A stretch of 41,521 bases of DNA, from IMG/VR virus record IMGVR_UViG_3300049070_000038, positions 1-41,521 of that record; one strand, written 5' to 3'. The position numbers were made by a program, and so were the translations under genes. The notes beneath the pieces were generated by a model that was given only the letters and a program-made list of their open reading frames with translations, was not told where the DNA came from and ran no database searches. Of this stretch, positions 18,653-27,501 are shown in pieces (position 1 is the first letter of the stretch; each line of letters begins with the position of its first letter). Origin of the DNA: a virus (taxonomy: Duplodnaviria > Caudoviricetes).

Positions 18653-18674
18653 GTTAAAAACGTAAATTAAAAAT

Positions 18675-21600
18675 ATGGCAGATAATCCTTATGACAATTT
18701 ATATAAAGTAAAGCCTGTTAATCCCTATGACAGGCTTTCACCACAAGTACCAAAAACACCAGGAATAGATGAGCAAATAGGTTCTGCTATTGGTTCAATT
18801 CCAGGCGCACAAACTGTATTGTCTACCTTATCGCCTGTGCTTGATGTCTTATCTAGACCTTCATATGGTTCTGCAAGATTTGCAGATAGTTTAGCTGATG
18901 AATCTAAGTCTATATTGGATGCTGTAGCAGATGCTATTACAGAAACGTTTACACTTGATCCTGATAAGAGACTTAAGCTTTCTTATTCAGATGTTATTAG
19001 ACGTAGACATTCTGATTGGGCAATAGCGAATCCTAAAGCTACTACGCTTATAGGTTTTATTGGTGATATTGCACTTGATCCCACAACCTATCTTGGTACT
19101 GGTTTGATAAAGAGTGGGATACAGGTAGGATCAAAGGTTATTACTAATACAACTAAGAAGGTATTGCAAGAAGGATTAGAATCAGCATCAAGAAAGGTGT
19201 TGGTTAGTGGTAGTGGTACGCTCGAATTAGTTGAGAAGTTAGATAAGCTTGAAAGTAGGATTGCTAAATATGAAAATCCTAGTATTACTATTGGTGCTAA
19301 GAAACAAATTGAGAAAGAGTTAAAGGATACAAGATACTTTGATGCAGTTAGAGCTAAGCAAGATGAGATAGAAGGCTTTTTAAATAATTTAAGTCAAGAC
19401 AAAGCAAACGCTGTTACTGCTGCTACTATAGCTAAGAAAGAAACTATTGCTGATCTAAAGCGTATAGGTGAATCAAGATTACCTGATGAACTATTTACAT
19501 CTGAAGTCAGACAGAGACTTGATCAAAGAATAGTTGAACTTGCTAATACACGTCCTGAATTAGCTAAACAAATATTTGAACCAAAAGGACTTTATCTTAA
19601 AGTTGGATTACCTTTTGGTAAGCAGAAAGATGTGATTAGATTGATTGGTCTTGAGCCATTAACTAATCGTATTAAAGCTTTAGGATCATACATTGAGTCG
19701 TCATCAGCCATTGGTGCTAAAGCTATAGGTATAGCTAAATCAGGACAAAGGTTAATAGGCGAAACATTCAACCGTAACTATGGATTACCAGAAGAATATG
19801 TAGGTTTCAGAGATGAACTTGAAAATTCTCTTGGTTATCTGTCAGACCAAATGATTCGCAATACACGTAAATTATTTAAAGATGTAGATAAAGAAGGAAG
19901 AGATACAATTGGCGAAACAATGCATTGGGTAGATGATCAAACTCGTTTACTTGAAGCATCTAAAGGAGCATCACTTACCGATAAGGAAGCTGCTAAGGTT
20001 ACACAGACAGGCTTTGAGAGATTTAAATTAGATGAAAAGCAAATGGCTATAGTTAGCCAGATGCAACAAGATTATAAAGAAGTTGCATTACTTGAAATGC
20101 GTGCTGGTCTTCTAAAAAATAGTCTTATGAATTACTCTCCAAGAGGCTATGAGATTATTGAGAACGTAGAAGATATGACAGCAATTACTAGAGGTAAGTA
20201 TGGTTCTGCTGTACCACAACCTTATCTTGCTTCAAGTAAACAAAGAAAGTTTTTGACTAAGGAAGAAGCAGAAGCAGCGGGATTAGTTCCTGAACTTGAT
20301 GCAGCTATCCTATATTCTCATAGATTGTTATCAAGTCAAAGAGCATTGTCAATTAAACAATTTAAAGACTCAGTTACAGAACTGTTTGGAGCATATGAAC
20401 CAAGATCAAAGATTGCACATACTGGTATTCTACCTACAGCTATAACTGAAACCAACATACCTAAGCGTATTGTTGATGATATGAAAATGATTGGAGAATC
20501 TGTTTATCCTTCAGGAGTTAATGATACTTTGAAAGGTTGGATAAGAGGATTTGATAAACTGCAATCCTGGTTCAAGCGTAGTGCTACTACTGTTCGTCCA
20601 TCATTTGCAGCTAAGCAGTTATTCTCCAACACCATACAAGCTGCAATGGTATCAGGTGCAAAAGCATTTAAAGCACTTGATCCTAGAGTAGCTGCTGATG
20701 CTGCAATACTATTGGGTAGAGCAGGCAAACCATTAAACAATATACCATTTTTCTTAACTAATTTTATTAGTAAGCATTTCACAGGCAATCAAGGATTAGA
20801 TCAAATACTAGCTAATCGTGTTGTTGCTTCTAAGATATTAGGAGAGAATCAATTACTAGATTATGCTAAAGATTTTAAACTCAAGACAGCACTTGGAGAA
20901 GAATTTACAGGCAATGAGTTAGTACAGCTTGCGAGAGAGAAAGGAATCATAAGAGGATTTGATGCAACAGGTGAGGCATTCTCACAGAAGTTAGAGAGAG
21001 AAATACTTAGAGAAGAGAACAGTTATAAAAATGTTGTTGGTGCATTAGGTAAAGTATGGAATCACGCTGCAATGGTAGAAGATTATGGTAGAATGATGTT
21101 ATTTCTCAACGGTATGAGAATGGGATATACTGCTGATGGAGCAAGCAAGCTTGTCAATAAAGCATTATTTGATTATCAAAGAGGATTGTCTAGTATTGAG
21201 AAAAACATTATAAGGCGTGTCGTACCTTTTTACACATTCCAAAGGTTTGCTATTCCATTTGTATTAAAGGAAACATTGTCAAGACCAGGAAATTTTCTTT
21301 CAATGGAAAAGACAATGAAAACTTTTGAGAAGCTATTGATTAATGGTGAAGAGTTAAATGATGCTGAAGCTAACATCTTCAATGAGAAAGGTAATAACTA
21401 TTTACTTGAACAACCAAGATTGCTTAGTGGGTTTGGTGAAGATGGAAAAGCTACACTCAACATTTTAAATAATTTAACTCCCTTTGATGTTCTAAACTTT
21501 TTTACGTATGATGATCAAGGACAGTTAGATTATAAGCGTACTGCTGAAAGATCAATACTAGGTGCATTAACACCATTCATTAAAGTGCCTTTGAGTAAGC

Positions 21601-22190
21601 TTGTAGATAGAGATTTCTTCACAGGCAAGACTATTGAACAATCATCAACACTTGGTAATTTGGAAGGAAGTATAGGAAAGATTATTCCACAATTTGCTAA
21701 GGATTTAATGTCGTGGGAAGATAGAACTAATCTTGTTACTGGTAAGACTACAACTTATGTTAATCCTTTCCTCTCATATTATACAATGCAATTCATACCA
21801 GCATTGAGAGATGTTGTTAATCCTTTGAAGGATCAAGAACTTGAAGGTTATCTAATGGGGCCATTAGCAGGAGCTATGAGAATATTAGGTGAAGAGATTT
21901 CACCAATTAAAACTAAGCAAGTTGATTTAAAAGAACTAGGTGAATATTCTATGGTACGAAAGGAGAAAGAAATCAAAGAGGCTGAGGCAGGATTAGGATC
22001 ATCAATGATCAAAGGATCAGAAGCCTTATTTGAGAAGCATTTAAATGATTTAAATAACTATATTCGTTTACTTTCTGAGAACTCTAAAGCTAGACAAGGC
22101 TTAGCAGTTAGAGGAGTTGGAATAAATCCTACAACACCAGAAGAACAAATAACGCCTAGCTCCCCACAGCTAGACCAAACGTTTAAATAA
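18675..22190 (+). CDS. Large internal virion / ejection protein
   Basis: 1171 aa, last large structural gene; DIALDPTTYL, VEDYGR, FDY and PFYTF patterns. Confidence 0.65.
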   Translation: MADNPYDNLYKVKPVNPYDRLSPQVPKTPGIDEQIGSAIGSIPGAQTVLSTLSPVLDVLSRPSYGSARFADSLADESKSILDAVADAITETFTLDPDKRLKLSYSDVIRRRHSDWAIANPKATTLIGFIGDIALDPTTYLGTGLIKSGIQVGSKVITNTTKKVLQEGLESASRKVLVSGSGTLELVEKLDKLESRIAKYENPSITIGAKKQIEKELKDTRYFDAVRAKQDEIEGFLNNLSQDKANAVTAATIAKKETIADLKRIGESRLPDELFTSEVRQRLDQRIVELANTRPELAKQIFEPKGLYLKVGLPFGKQKDVIRLIGLEPLTNRIKALGSYIESSSAIGAKAIGIAKSGQRLIGETFNRNYGLPEEYVGFRDELENSLGYLSDQMIRNTRKLFKDVDKEGRDTIGETMHWVDDQTRLLEASKGASLTDKEAAKVTQTGFERFKLDEKQMAIVSQMQQDYKEVALLEMRAGLLKNSLMNYSPRGYEIIENVEDMTAITRGKYGSAVPQPYLASSKQRKFLTKEEAEAAGLVPELDAAILYSHRLLSSQRALSIKQFKDSVTELFGAYEPRSKIAHTGILPTAITETNIPKRIVDDMKMIGESVYPSGVNDTLKGWIRGFDKLQSWFKRSATTVRPSFAAKQLFSNTIQAAMVSGAKAFKALDPRVAADAAILLGRAGKPLNNIPFFLTNFISKHFTGNQGLDQILANRVVASKILGENQLLDYAKDFKLKTALGEEFTGNELVQLAREKGIIRGFDATGEAFSQKLEREILREENSYKNVVGALGKVWNHAAMVEDYGRMMLFLNGMRMGYTADGASKLVNKALFDYQRGLSSIEKNIIRRVVPFYTFQRFAIPFVLKETLSRPGNFLSMEKTMKTFEKLLINGEELNDAEANIFNEKGNNYLLEQPRLLSGFGEDGKATLNILNNLTPFDVLNFFTYDDQGQLDYKRTAERSILGALTPFIKVPLSKLVDRDFFTGKTIEQSSTLGNLEGSIGKIIPQFAKDLMSWEDRTNLVTGKTTTYVNPFLSYYTMQFIPALRDVVNPLKDQELEGYLMGPLAGAMRILGEEISPIKTKQVDLKELGEYSMVRKEKEIKEAEAGLGSSMIKGSEALFEKHLNDLNNYIRLLSENSKARQGLAVRGVGINPTTPEEQITPSSPQLDQTFK

Positions 22191-22195
22191 ATTAA

Positions 22196-22408
22196 ATGGC
22201 AAATCTTGGTATTATTCTTACTATTATTGGTGGAATATTATCTCTCGTAGTAACACTAATAGGTTGTACTTGGGTAGTATCTAATAGGTTTGGTAAGATA
22301 GAAGGTGAGATGATTGGTTTTAGAGAAGTTATGTTAGCACTTCATAGAAGGGTTGAAAGAATGGAAACTAAGTTAGATGTTACAACAGTAGAGAAATATA
22401 AACCATAA
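22196..22408 (+). CDS. Small membrane protein, holin-like candidate
   Basis: One N-terminal transmembrane segment plus a coiled coil, at the end of the late block. Confidence 0.45.
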   Translation: MANLGIILTIIGGILSLVVTLIGCTWVVSNRFGKIEGEMIGFREVMLALHRRVERMETKLDVTTVEKYKP

Positions 22409-22412
22409 TAAT

Positions 22413-22442
22413 AAAGGCTAGAGTACACGCCTCTAGCCTTTT
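22413..22442. terminator. Intrinsic terminator at the convergence of the two gene blocks
   Basis: AAAGGCTAGAG-7 nt-CTCTAGCCTTT with A/T-rich flanks on both sides. Confidence 0.8.
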
Positions 22443-22486
22443 AATTTATTTAAACTTCTCCATCATTTCTTTGTATTTGTCTAACA

Positions 22487-22678
22487 TTATTTCCGCTTTT
22501 TCTGCTGTAAATTCAATAGGTGAAATCCTCTTAACCTCCATTTGTAACATCTCTTATCTAGTGATAATGTGTGGTTCATCTTCAATCTTAACAAACTCAA
22601 CTTCATAATATTCTTTATGGAATATTTCAAGAAACTTATCAATAATTTCTCTTTGATCGTAAGAACTTCCATAACCAT
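22487..22678 (-). CDS. Hypothetical protein
   Basis: ORF only; frame uncertain. Confidence 0.3.
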   Translation of the reverse strand: MVMEVLTIKEKLLISFLKYSIKNIMKLSLLRLKMNHTLSLDKRCYKWRLRGFHLLNLQQKKRK

Positions 22679-22719
22679 TTCTCATACAGAAATCTATAAA
22701 GTTATCTAGAAAATCTTTC

Positions 22720-22974
22720 TCAGTCATCTTCTTTTACCTCATAACCTTCTACAAGAACTTTAATCTGTGCGTCTCTTATAATCATAGAATCTAGTATTTG
22801 ATTATACTCTTCTTTAGTTACCATAATCCTATAATCACCACCTTTCAATTGAATGTTGTAGCAATAAGATTCTGTCCTATCTTTGTAAGGACTAATCCAC
22901 ATAGCACTGATTTCATTCAATGCAAACATTCCACCTTCTTTAGTAAAGCGATATTCTGAAATATATTTACTCAT
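22720..22974 (-). CDS. Hypothetical protein
   Basis: ATGA overlap with the MazG-like gene. Confidence 0.6.
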   Translation of the reverse strand: MSKYISEYRFTKEGGMFALNEISAMWISPYKDRTESYCYNIQLKGGDYRIMVTKEEYNQILDSMIIRDAQIKVLVEGYEVKEDD

Positions 22975-23354
22975 AGTTTTATTTGTGATCCTCTCTTCTC
23001 TGATACTTCGTTGAATTTTTCTATTACTGCTTTAGCTAAATCTATGTTTAATCTAGCTGCAAGTAAATCAGCATATATAACTATATCAGCAATTTCATTA
23101 CTTAGTTGATTAAGAAGATGTTCTAATGTTTCATTGTTAAATGTTCCTTGTTCTGATCTACGAATCTTCTTTGCTGTATTTAGGAACTGAATTAGTTTAC
23201 CAAATACTTCAACTGCTTCTCCAATCTCTCCTGCTGTTGCAGTAGACCAATCATTAACAGACCAACTGTTAAGAGAATGGAAAACATCTTCACATCTGGT
23301 AACATTAGCTTTTCTTAGTTCTAAGAATGTTAAACTAAAATCTTTCTCAGTCAT
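22971..23354 (-). CDS. MazG-like nucleotide pyrophosphohydrolase
   Basis: GEIGEA...EIADIVIYADLLA...IDL..AV..KFN (ExxE...ExxD). Confidence 0.8.
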   Translation of the reverse strand: MTEKDFSLTFLELRKANVTRCEDVFHSLNSWSVNDWSTATAGEIGEAVEVFGKLIQFLNTAKKIRRSEQGTFNNETLEHLLNQLSNEIADIVIYADLLAARLNIDLAKAVIEKFNEVSEKRGSQIKL

Positions 23355-23838
23355 CTTTCTTCTCCTTTGTCATCTCATCTAGAATGTTATCAACAGATTC
23401 TTTGATGTTTAACACTATATCCTTAAGCACAAATAATCTTTCTTCTTGATTTCTCATCAGAAGAGATAGGTTTTTAACATCTTCTGATATATACATTTCT
23501 GGAACTGTTGCTGATTTTACTGTGGCAATAAGTTCTTCAATCTTCCTATGTAATTCAGCATATGTGGTAATCTGATAACCTTTAAGGCTTTCAGTATTAC
23601 CAGCATTGCTTTTAATTTTATTAAACTTATCACTTTCTTTATAGCATTGAGTACCCAATATTTTCATTCCAGGTATTTTAAAATCTCTAGCTTTATTGTA
23701 TACTGTTGAATGTCCAATATCATACTTCCTCATCAAAGCATTAATAGTCCAGAACACACCATCGCTCATTTCAAAGTAATCTGTATTCTTTACAAACTCA
23801 GTAATCTCTTTTCCATTAATTGAAACTTCGCTATTCAT
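23347..23838 (-). CDS. Hypothetical protein (possible N-terminal HTH plus coiled coil)
   Basis: TINALMRKYDIGHSTVY resembles a helix-turn-helix. Confidence 0.55.
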   Translation of the reverse strand: MNSEVSINGKEITEFVKNTDYFEMSDGVFWTINALMRKYDIGHSTVYNKARDFKIPGMKILGTQCYKESDKFNKIKSNAGNTESLKGYQITTYAELHRKIEELIATVKSATVPEMYISEDVKNLSLLMRNQEERLFVLKDIVLNIKESVDNILDEMTKEKKDD

Positions 23839-24080
23839 TATTTATTCCTTTCATTTAAAAATCTTTCGATAGATTTAAGTGCGTTATTTTTCCCTTGTTG
23901 ACCATATAGCACGGTTCTATTACCCCGTTGATTATCCAGGTATTCAACAAATTCAGTTAGTAGTATGATATGGTTTTCTCTTTGCATCTTCTTAACTTTT
24001 TCAATCAATTTACTTTGTAATTCATCAAAAGCTTCTTCCCGTACTGCATATGGTTTAGTTCTTTCTTCTTCACTTGGCAT
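23838..24080 (-). CDS. Hypothetical protein
   Basis: Stop/start-coupled ORF with GGAG RBS. Confidence 0.6.
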   Translation of the reverse strand: MPSEEERTKPYAVREEAFDELQSKLIEKVKKMQRENHIILLTEFVEYLDNQRGNRTVLYGQQGKNNALKSIERFLNERNK

Positions 24081-24325
24081 TATTTATCTCCTCTTTTGAA
24101 AGGCATCAGCTCACACTCAAGTATTGTAACTTCAACCACTTTCTTACAAGCTAAATCAAAATCAGGATTACCGTGTATGTCTGTTGGTTTCCATTTTGCT
24201 AATCTCTTTTTTAAATTATTTAAACCACTCTGATAATCTTCCTCAGACAAATCAGGATTTGATCCCATATTGTGCATATGTAATTCAATGGCAATCTCCA
24301 TCATTGTTTTTCTTTCCCAAATCAT
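24080..24325 (-). CDS. Hypothetical protein
   Basis: Coupled ORF with AGGAG RBS. Confidence 0.6.
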   Translation of the reverse strand: MIWERKTMMEIAIELHMHNMGSNPDLSEEDYQSGLNNLKKRLAKWKPTDIHGNPDFDLACKKVVEVTILECELMPFKRGDK

Positions 24326-24576
24326 AAATTACATTCTCCTTTACAGAAATGAATATGATGTACACATCCCTCATTATCTTCCATACATTCGCTTATCTCA
24401 AACTCACTGCCATCATATGCTTTAACTGTTGTAGTTCCTTTGACAACTGATAATCCTTGTTGTTGATATTTCAAAATAGATATTAGATTTTCATTCATAA
24501 TATCCAATCTACCTATTATTGTTTCAAGCCAATGAATGATTTTCTCATTCTCATTTAAATCTCTATAGTAGCTCAT
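24322..24576 (-). CDS. Hypothetical protein
   Basis: Coupled ORF with Cys/His-rich C-terminus. Confidence 0.55.
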   Translation of the reverse strand: MSYYRDLNENEKIIHWLETIIGRLDIMNENLISILKYQQQGLSVVKGTTTVKAYDGSEFEISECMEDNEGCVHHIHFCKGECNL

Positions 24577-24578
24577 AT

Positions 24579-24896
24579 TTATTTAATCACCTTATAGTTA
24601 TTAACTAGCTTGCACATAATATCCCATTGCATATCAGTGTAGTTACTTGTTGGATTTGTTTTACAAACAAATACATAGATAACTTTATCTGGCCCTCTAT
24701 CAATTAAACGAAATTTATAATACTCTTGATCATATCTTTCATTAAATCCAAAATCTTCTGGAACATCTTTATGGTATCCTAGTGGTATAAAACCTAGAAC
24801 TAGTACATTCCATCTTCTTGCAGATTCAGGAACATTTACCCATTCTCCATCCATACAACCACCAATAAATAAATAGCTTTCAATCTTGTCACTCAT
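24579..24896 (-). CDS. Hypothetical protein
   Basis: LFIGGCMDG N-terminal motif; AAGGAG upstream. Confidence 0.6.
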   Translation of the reverse strand: MSDKIESYLFIGGCMDGEWVNVPESARRWNVLVLGFIPLGYHKDVPEDFGFNERYDQEYYKFRLIDRGPDKVIYVFVCKTNPTSNYTDMQWDIMCKLVNNYKVIK

Positions 24897-24917
24897 TTTA
24901 TTTCATATCTCCTTTCA

Positions 24918-25029
24918 GGCATCAACCAATCAGAGAACGTAAAGCGATAGTTCGTAAATCCATATTTTAAATAAATTAAACGTCTTTCCTCTTTACGTTC
25001 TCTGAACTTCTCAAGGTAGGATTGATGCC
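24918..25029. other. Nested inverted repeat downstream of the SSB gene
   Basis: 15-bp perfect inverted repeat (24930-24944 / 24991-25005) inside an 8-bp one (24918-24925 / 25022-25029). Confidence 0.75.
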
Positions 25030-25032
25030 CTA

Positions 25033-26214
25033 TTAAAAAGCAATACTACCATCTGGCTTATAGACAGTAGCACCAATCTGATAGAAGCCACCACCTAAGT
25101 CTTTTCTTTCTTCTTGTTGTGGAACCTGCATAGGAATTTGCATATTAGGCTGTTGTGCAACTTGATGTGGAATGAATATCGCAGGTATTGTTTGACTACC
25201 TTGTGGTGCTGGTGGTTTCCAACCAGCAGTAGGCATTACACCTTGTGGAAACTGGACAACATTGTGTTGCTGTGGAAATGGTGTAGGTGGTGCAACCTGT
25301 GGTGTTGGCGGCACCGGCATTGCACTAGGATTCTGATATGCCATAGGAACAGACAATGCTTGATCACCTTGTATTGTATGTCCAATGCTCTGCAACAATT
25401 CACTAGCACTACGTTTAAGTAAATTAACTACTTCCTGATATGGCTTGAAGCTATTGCTAGCTATTTCAACAAGATCAAAAGGTATTTGATCAGGAGTGAT
25501 ATGCAGAGGAGAAGGCACACGATCAAACATAGGTGCATCATATCTCCTACTAAAATCATTTCCACCACTAGCATTCCAGCTATGATCAAATCCATTATTA
25601 ATATCAAGTGTATTAATCCCACCCTTTTTATCTTGAGTAAGTACATTGATAATGTGGTTGAAATGTTTCTTACTAACACCCCATACATAGATTTTATTAT
25701 CTCCACTAAAGCCGTTATGTTTCCACAAGACATTCCATATCCATTGCTGCTTAACAAAGAATCCATTACGAACATTTTTATCTACACCATATCTCTCCAT
25801 ATCAACAAAAGCTTTGCAAACAGGACATCCATATTGTTCGTACAAACTTTGATTAGCTTCATCCAGCTTCTTTGTTCCATCAGCTTTAGGTGTTACAAGA
25901 TAGGACAGCATTGATTTTGTTCTCTTTTCCTCAACAGTTTCAAATCCTTTAAGGTTATTCATCAGAAATTCCCAACACATAACAAACTGTGTTCTAAGAA
26001 CTCCTTTATCATCAGGCAATCTAAAACTATGCTGCCCAAGTTCCACAAATGGCAAACCTTCCAATCTATTACCAACAGGTATAATACGAAGCTTATGCAT
26101 ACCAGCAGGGAACTTAGCAAAAATGCTACGTTCAAACTTCTTCTCACCACTAGCATTAGTAGTAAGGTTATTCTGTGCAATCTGTTCAATCTTTCCCCAA
26201 TTCAAGTTATCCAT
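25033..26214 (-). CDS. Single-stranded DNA-binding protein, T4 gp32-like
   Basis: LRIIP, H...C...CPVC zinc ligands, WNVL, IYVW, D...G.D; Pro/Gln-rich tail. Confidence 0.7.
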   Translation of the reverse strand: MDNLNWGKIEQIAQNNLTTNASGEKKFERSIFAKFPAGMHKLRIIPVGNRLEGLPFVELGQHSFRLPDDKGVLRTQFVMCWEFLMNNLKGFETVEEKRTKSMLSYLVTPKADGTKKLDEANQSLYEQYGCPVCKAFVDMERYGVDKNVRNGFFVKQQWIWNVLWKHNGFSGDNKIYVWGVSKKHFNHIINVLTQDKKGGINTLDINNGFDHSWNASGGNDFSRRYDAPMFDRVPSPLHITPDQIPFDLVEIASNSFKPYQEVVNLLKRSASELLQSIGHTIQGDQALSVPMAYQNPSAMPVPPTPQVAPPTPFPQQHNVVQFPQGVMPTAGWKPPAPQGSQTIPAIFIPHQVAQQPNMQIPMQVPQQEERKDLGGGFYQIGATVYKPDGSIAF

Positions 26215-26227
26215 TTTATTTAATCTC

Positions 26228-26389
26228 CTATTTCAAAATTATTTGTTTACGATAAACGTCAGTAATTATTTCTGTAATTTCTTGTTTTACGTGTGGATTG
26301 ATTTCAATTACAAGATCATATTCAAAAATATCATCTTCACATTGTTTGTCTGCTTTCTGTAAACTCTGAATAAATTCTTTAACTGTCAT
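26228..26389 (-). CDS. Small hypothetical protein (MTVKEFI...; not in the ORF track)
   Basis: 53 aa, AAGGA RBS, fills the gap between genes. Confidence 0.55.
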   Translation of the reverse strand: MTVKEFIQSLQKADKQCEDDIFEYDLVIEINPHVKQEITEIITDVYRKQIILK

Positions 26390-26410
26390 ATTTGTCCTTA
26401 ATTTATTTAA

Positions 26411-26620
26411 TTACATTGGTTGTTCTTCTTCTAAATCTGGATCAAACTCCTTTCCAATATTAAAATGTTTTTCATACTTAGCACCCTTAGTAAACTTGTA
26501 CATAAAGTTATGTTTGAATGCTTCAAGTAATCCTATGGCTTGATAGTCAGTAACACCATATGCACAATCACAGCGTAGCTTGTTATCATCATCCATATAG
26601 ATTCTAATCAGTTCCTTCAT
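26411..26620 (-). CDS. Hypothetical protein
   Basis: ORF in the operon; AIGLLE motif. Confidence 0.55.
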   Translation of the reverse strand: MKELIRIYMDDDNKLRCDCAYGVTDYQAIGLLEAFKHNFMYKFTKGAKYEKHFNIGKEFDPDLEEEQPM

Positions 26621-26624
26621 AGTT

Positions 26625-26813
26625 CTAATTCTCCAATTTCAAACTAAGCTCTTTAATTTCTGTACTGTTTGCAATATCCATTGCAAGTTTACCCAGTTGC
26701 ATTGTTTGTTCATCAGTCATTTCAAATATAACATAATCTGGCCCTACTCCAATTAAATCTTTTTGTATAATCATTTCAATTTTATCTTTTCTTTTAAAGA
26801 TTATTTGATTCAT
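26625..26813 (-). CDS. Hypothetical protein
   Basis: AAGGAG RBS. Confidence 0.55.
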   Translation of the reverse strand: MNQIIFKRKDKIEMIIQKDLIGVGPDYVIFEMTDEQTMQLGKLAMDIANSTEIKELSLKLEN

Positions 26814-27050
26814 TCCATTTCTCCTTTAACAATCCAATATAAAATAATTAAAACATCTATTATAATAAATAACACAAGCAATAACTTACCCCTACCGTTC
26901 CAGTGTGGTGGTTGTTTGTTTCTGGAGGAGTGCATACAACCACCTTTCTAAATCACTTTAAATAATTTAAGTGTGGCCATAAGCACAAAGGCCGCAAGTA
27001 GCAAGTATATGACATAAATCAAAAACTCATTTGCTGGCGTTTTCTTCATT

Positions 27051-27317
27051 CTATTTTCCTCTACCTTTCTTTTTAGTCCACATACAGTTTTCTTTACAAT
27101 AGTTTTTATTGTGATCTTTCCTACCTAACGCTGTGTTAGGTGGTTTGTATCCCATATCTTCTTTAAATAAGTTAAACGAATGCCATCTATCACATACCTT
27201 AATCCCTTTGCCTCCATATCTTTTATAGTTTACTCGGTGTTCTTGATAGCATCTACGCATCATATCATACCAAGTATCGTAGGTTCTTCTGTGGTTATTC
27301 TTACTTACCATATTCAT
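27051..27317 (-). CDS. HNH endonuclease-like protein
   Basis: W..M.RRC....Y..YGGKGIKVCDRW..F..F..DMG...R.D....Y...NC.W. Confidence 0.8.
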   Translation of the reverse strand: MNMVSKNNHRRTYDTWYDMMRRCYQEHRVNYKRYGGKGIKVCDRWHSFNLFKEDMGYKPPNTALGRKDHNKNYCKENCMWTKKKGRGK

Positions 27318-27498
27318 ATTGTAAATCTACCATTTGTTTAAAGAAGTCTTTTGCATTCCAAGACATATCAAGTAATATTTCATCAGTATTAGCTTCAAAT
27401 ATTTGTAATGTAATTATATCTAAATCAACATTATCTTTATGTCTAACTATAGACCATACTTGTTTTGTTTGTTCGTAGTGCTCTTCTACTTCTTTCAT
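27301..27498 (-). CDS. Hypothetical protein
   Basis: GGAG RBS directly after the polymerase. Confidence 0.55.
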   Translation of the reverse strand: MKEVEEHYEQTKQVWSIVRHKDNVDLDIITLQIFEANTDEILLDMSWNAKDFFKQMVDLQYEYGK

Positions 27499-27501
27499 TG
27501 A

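Noticed and set aside
1633-20788. Minus-strand and alternate-frame ORFs inside the structural block (e.g. 1633-1878, 2956-3267, 7786-8094, 12748-13083, 20504-20788)
   Set aside because: They overlap well-supported genes and show no recognisable motifs, so they are treated as shadow ORFs.
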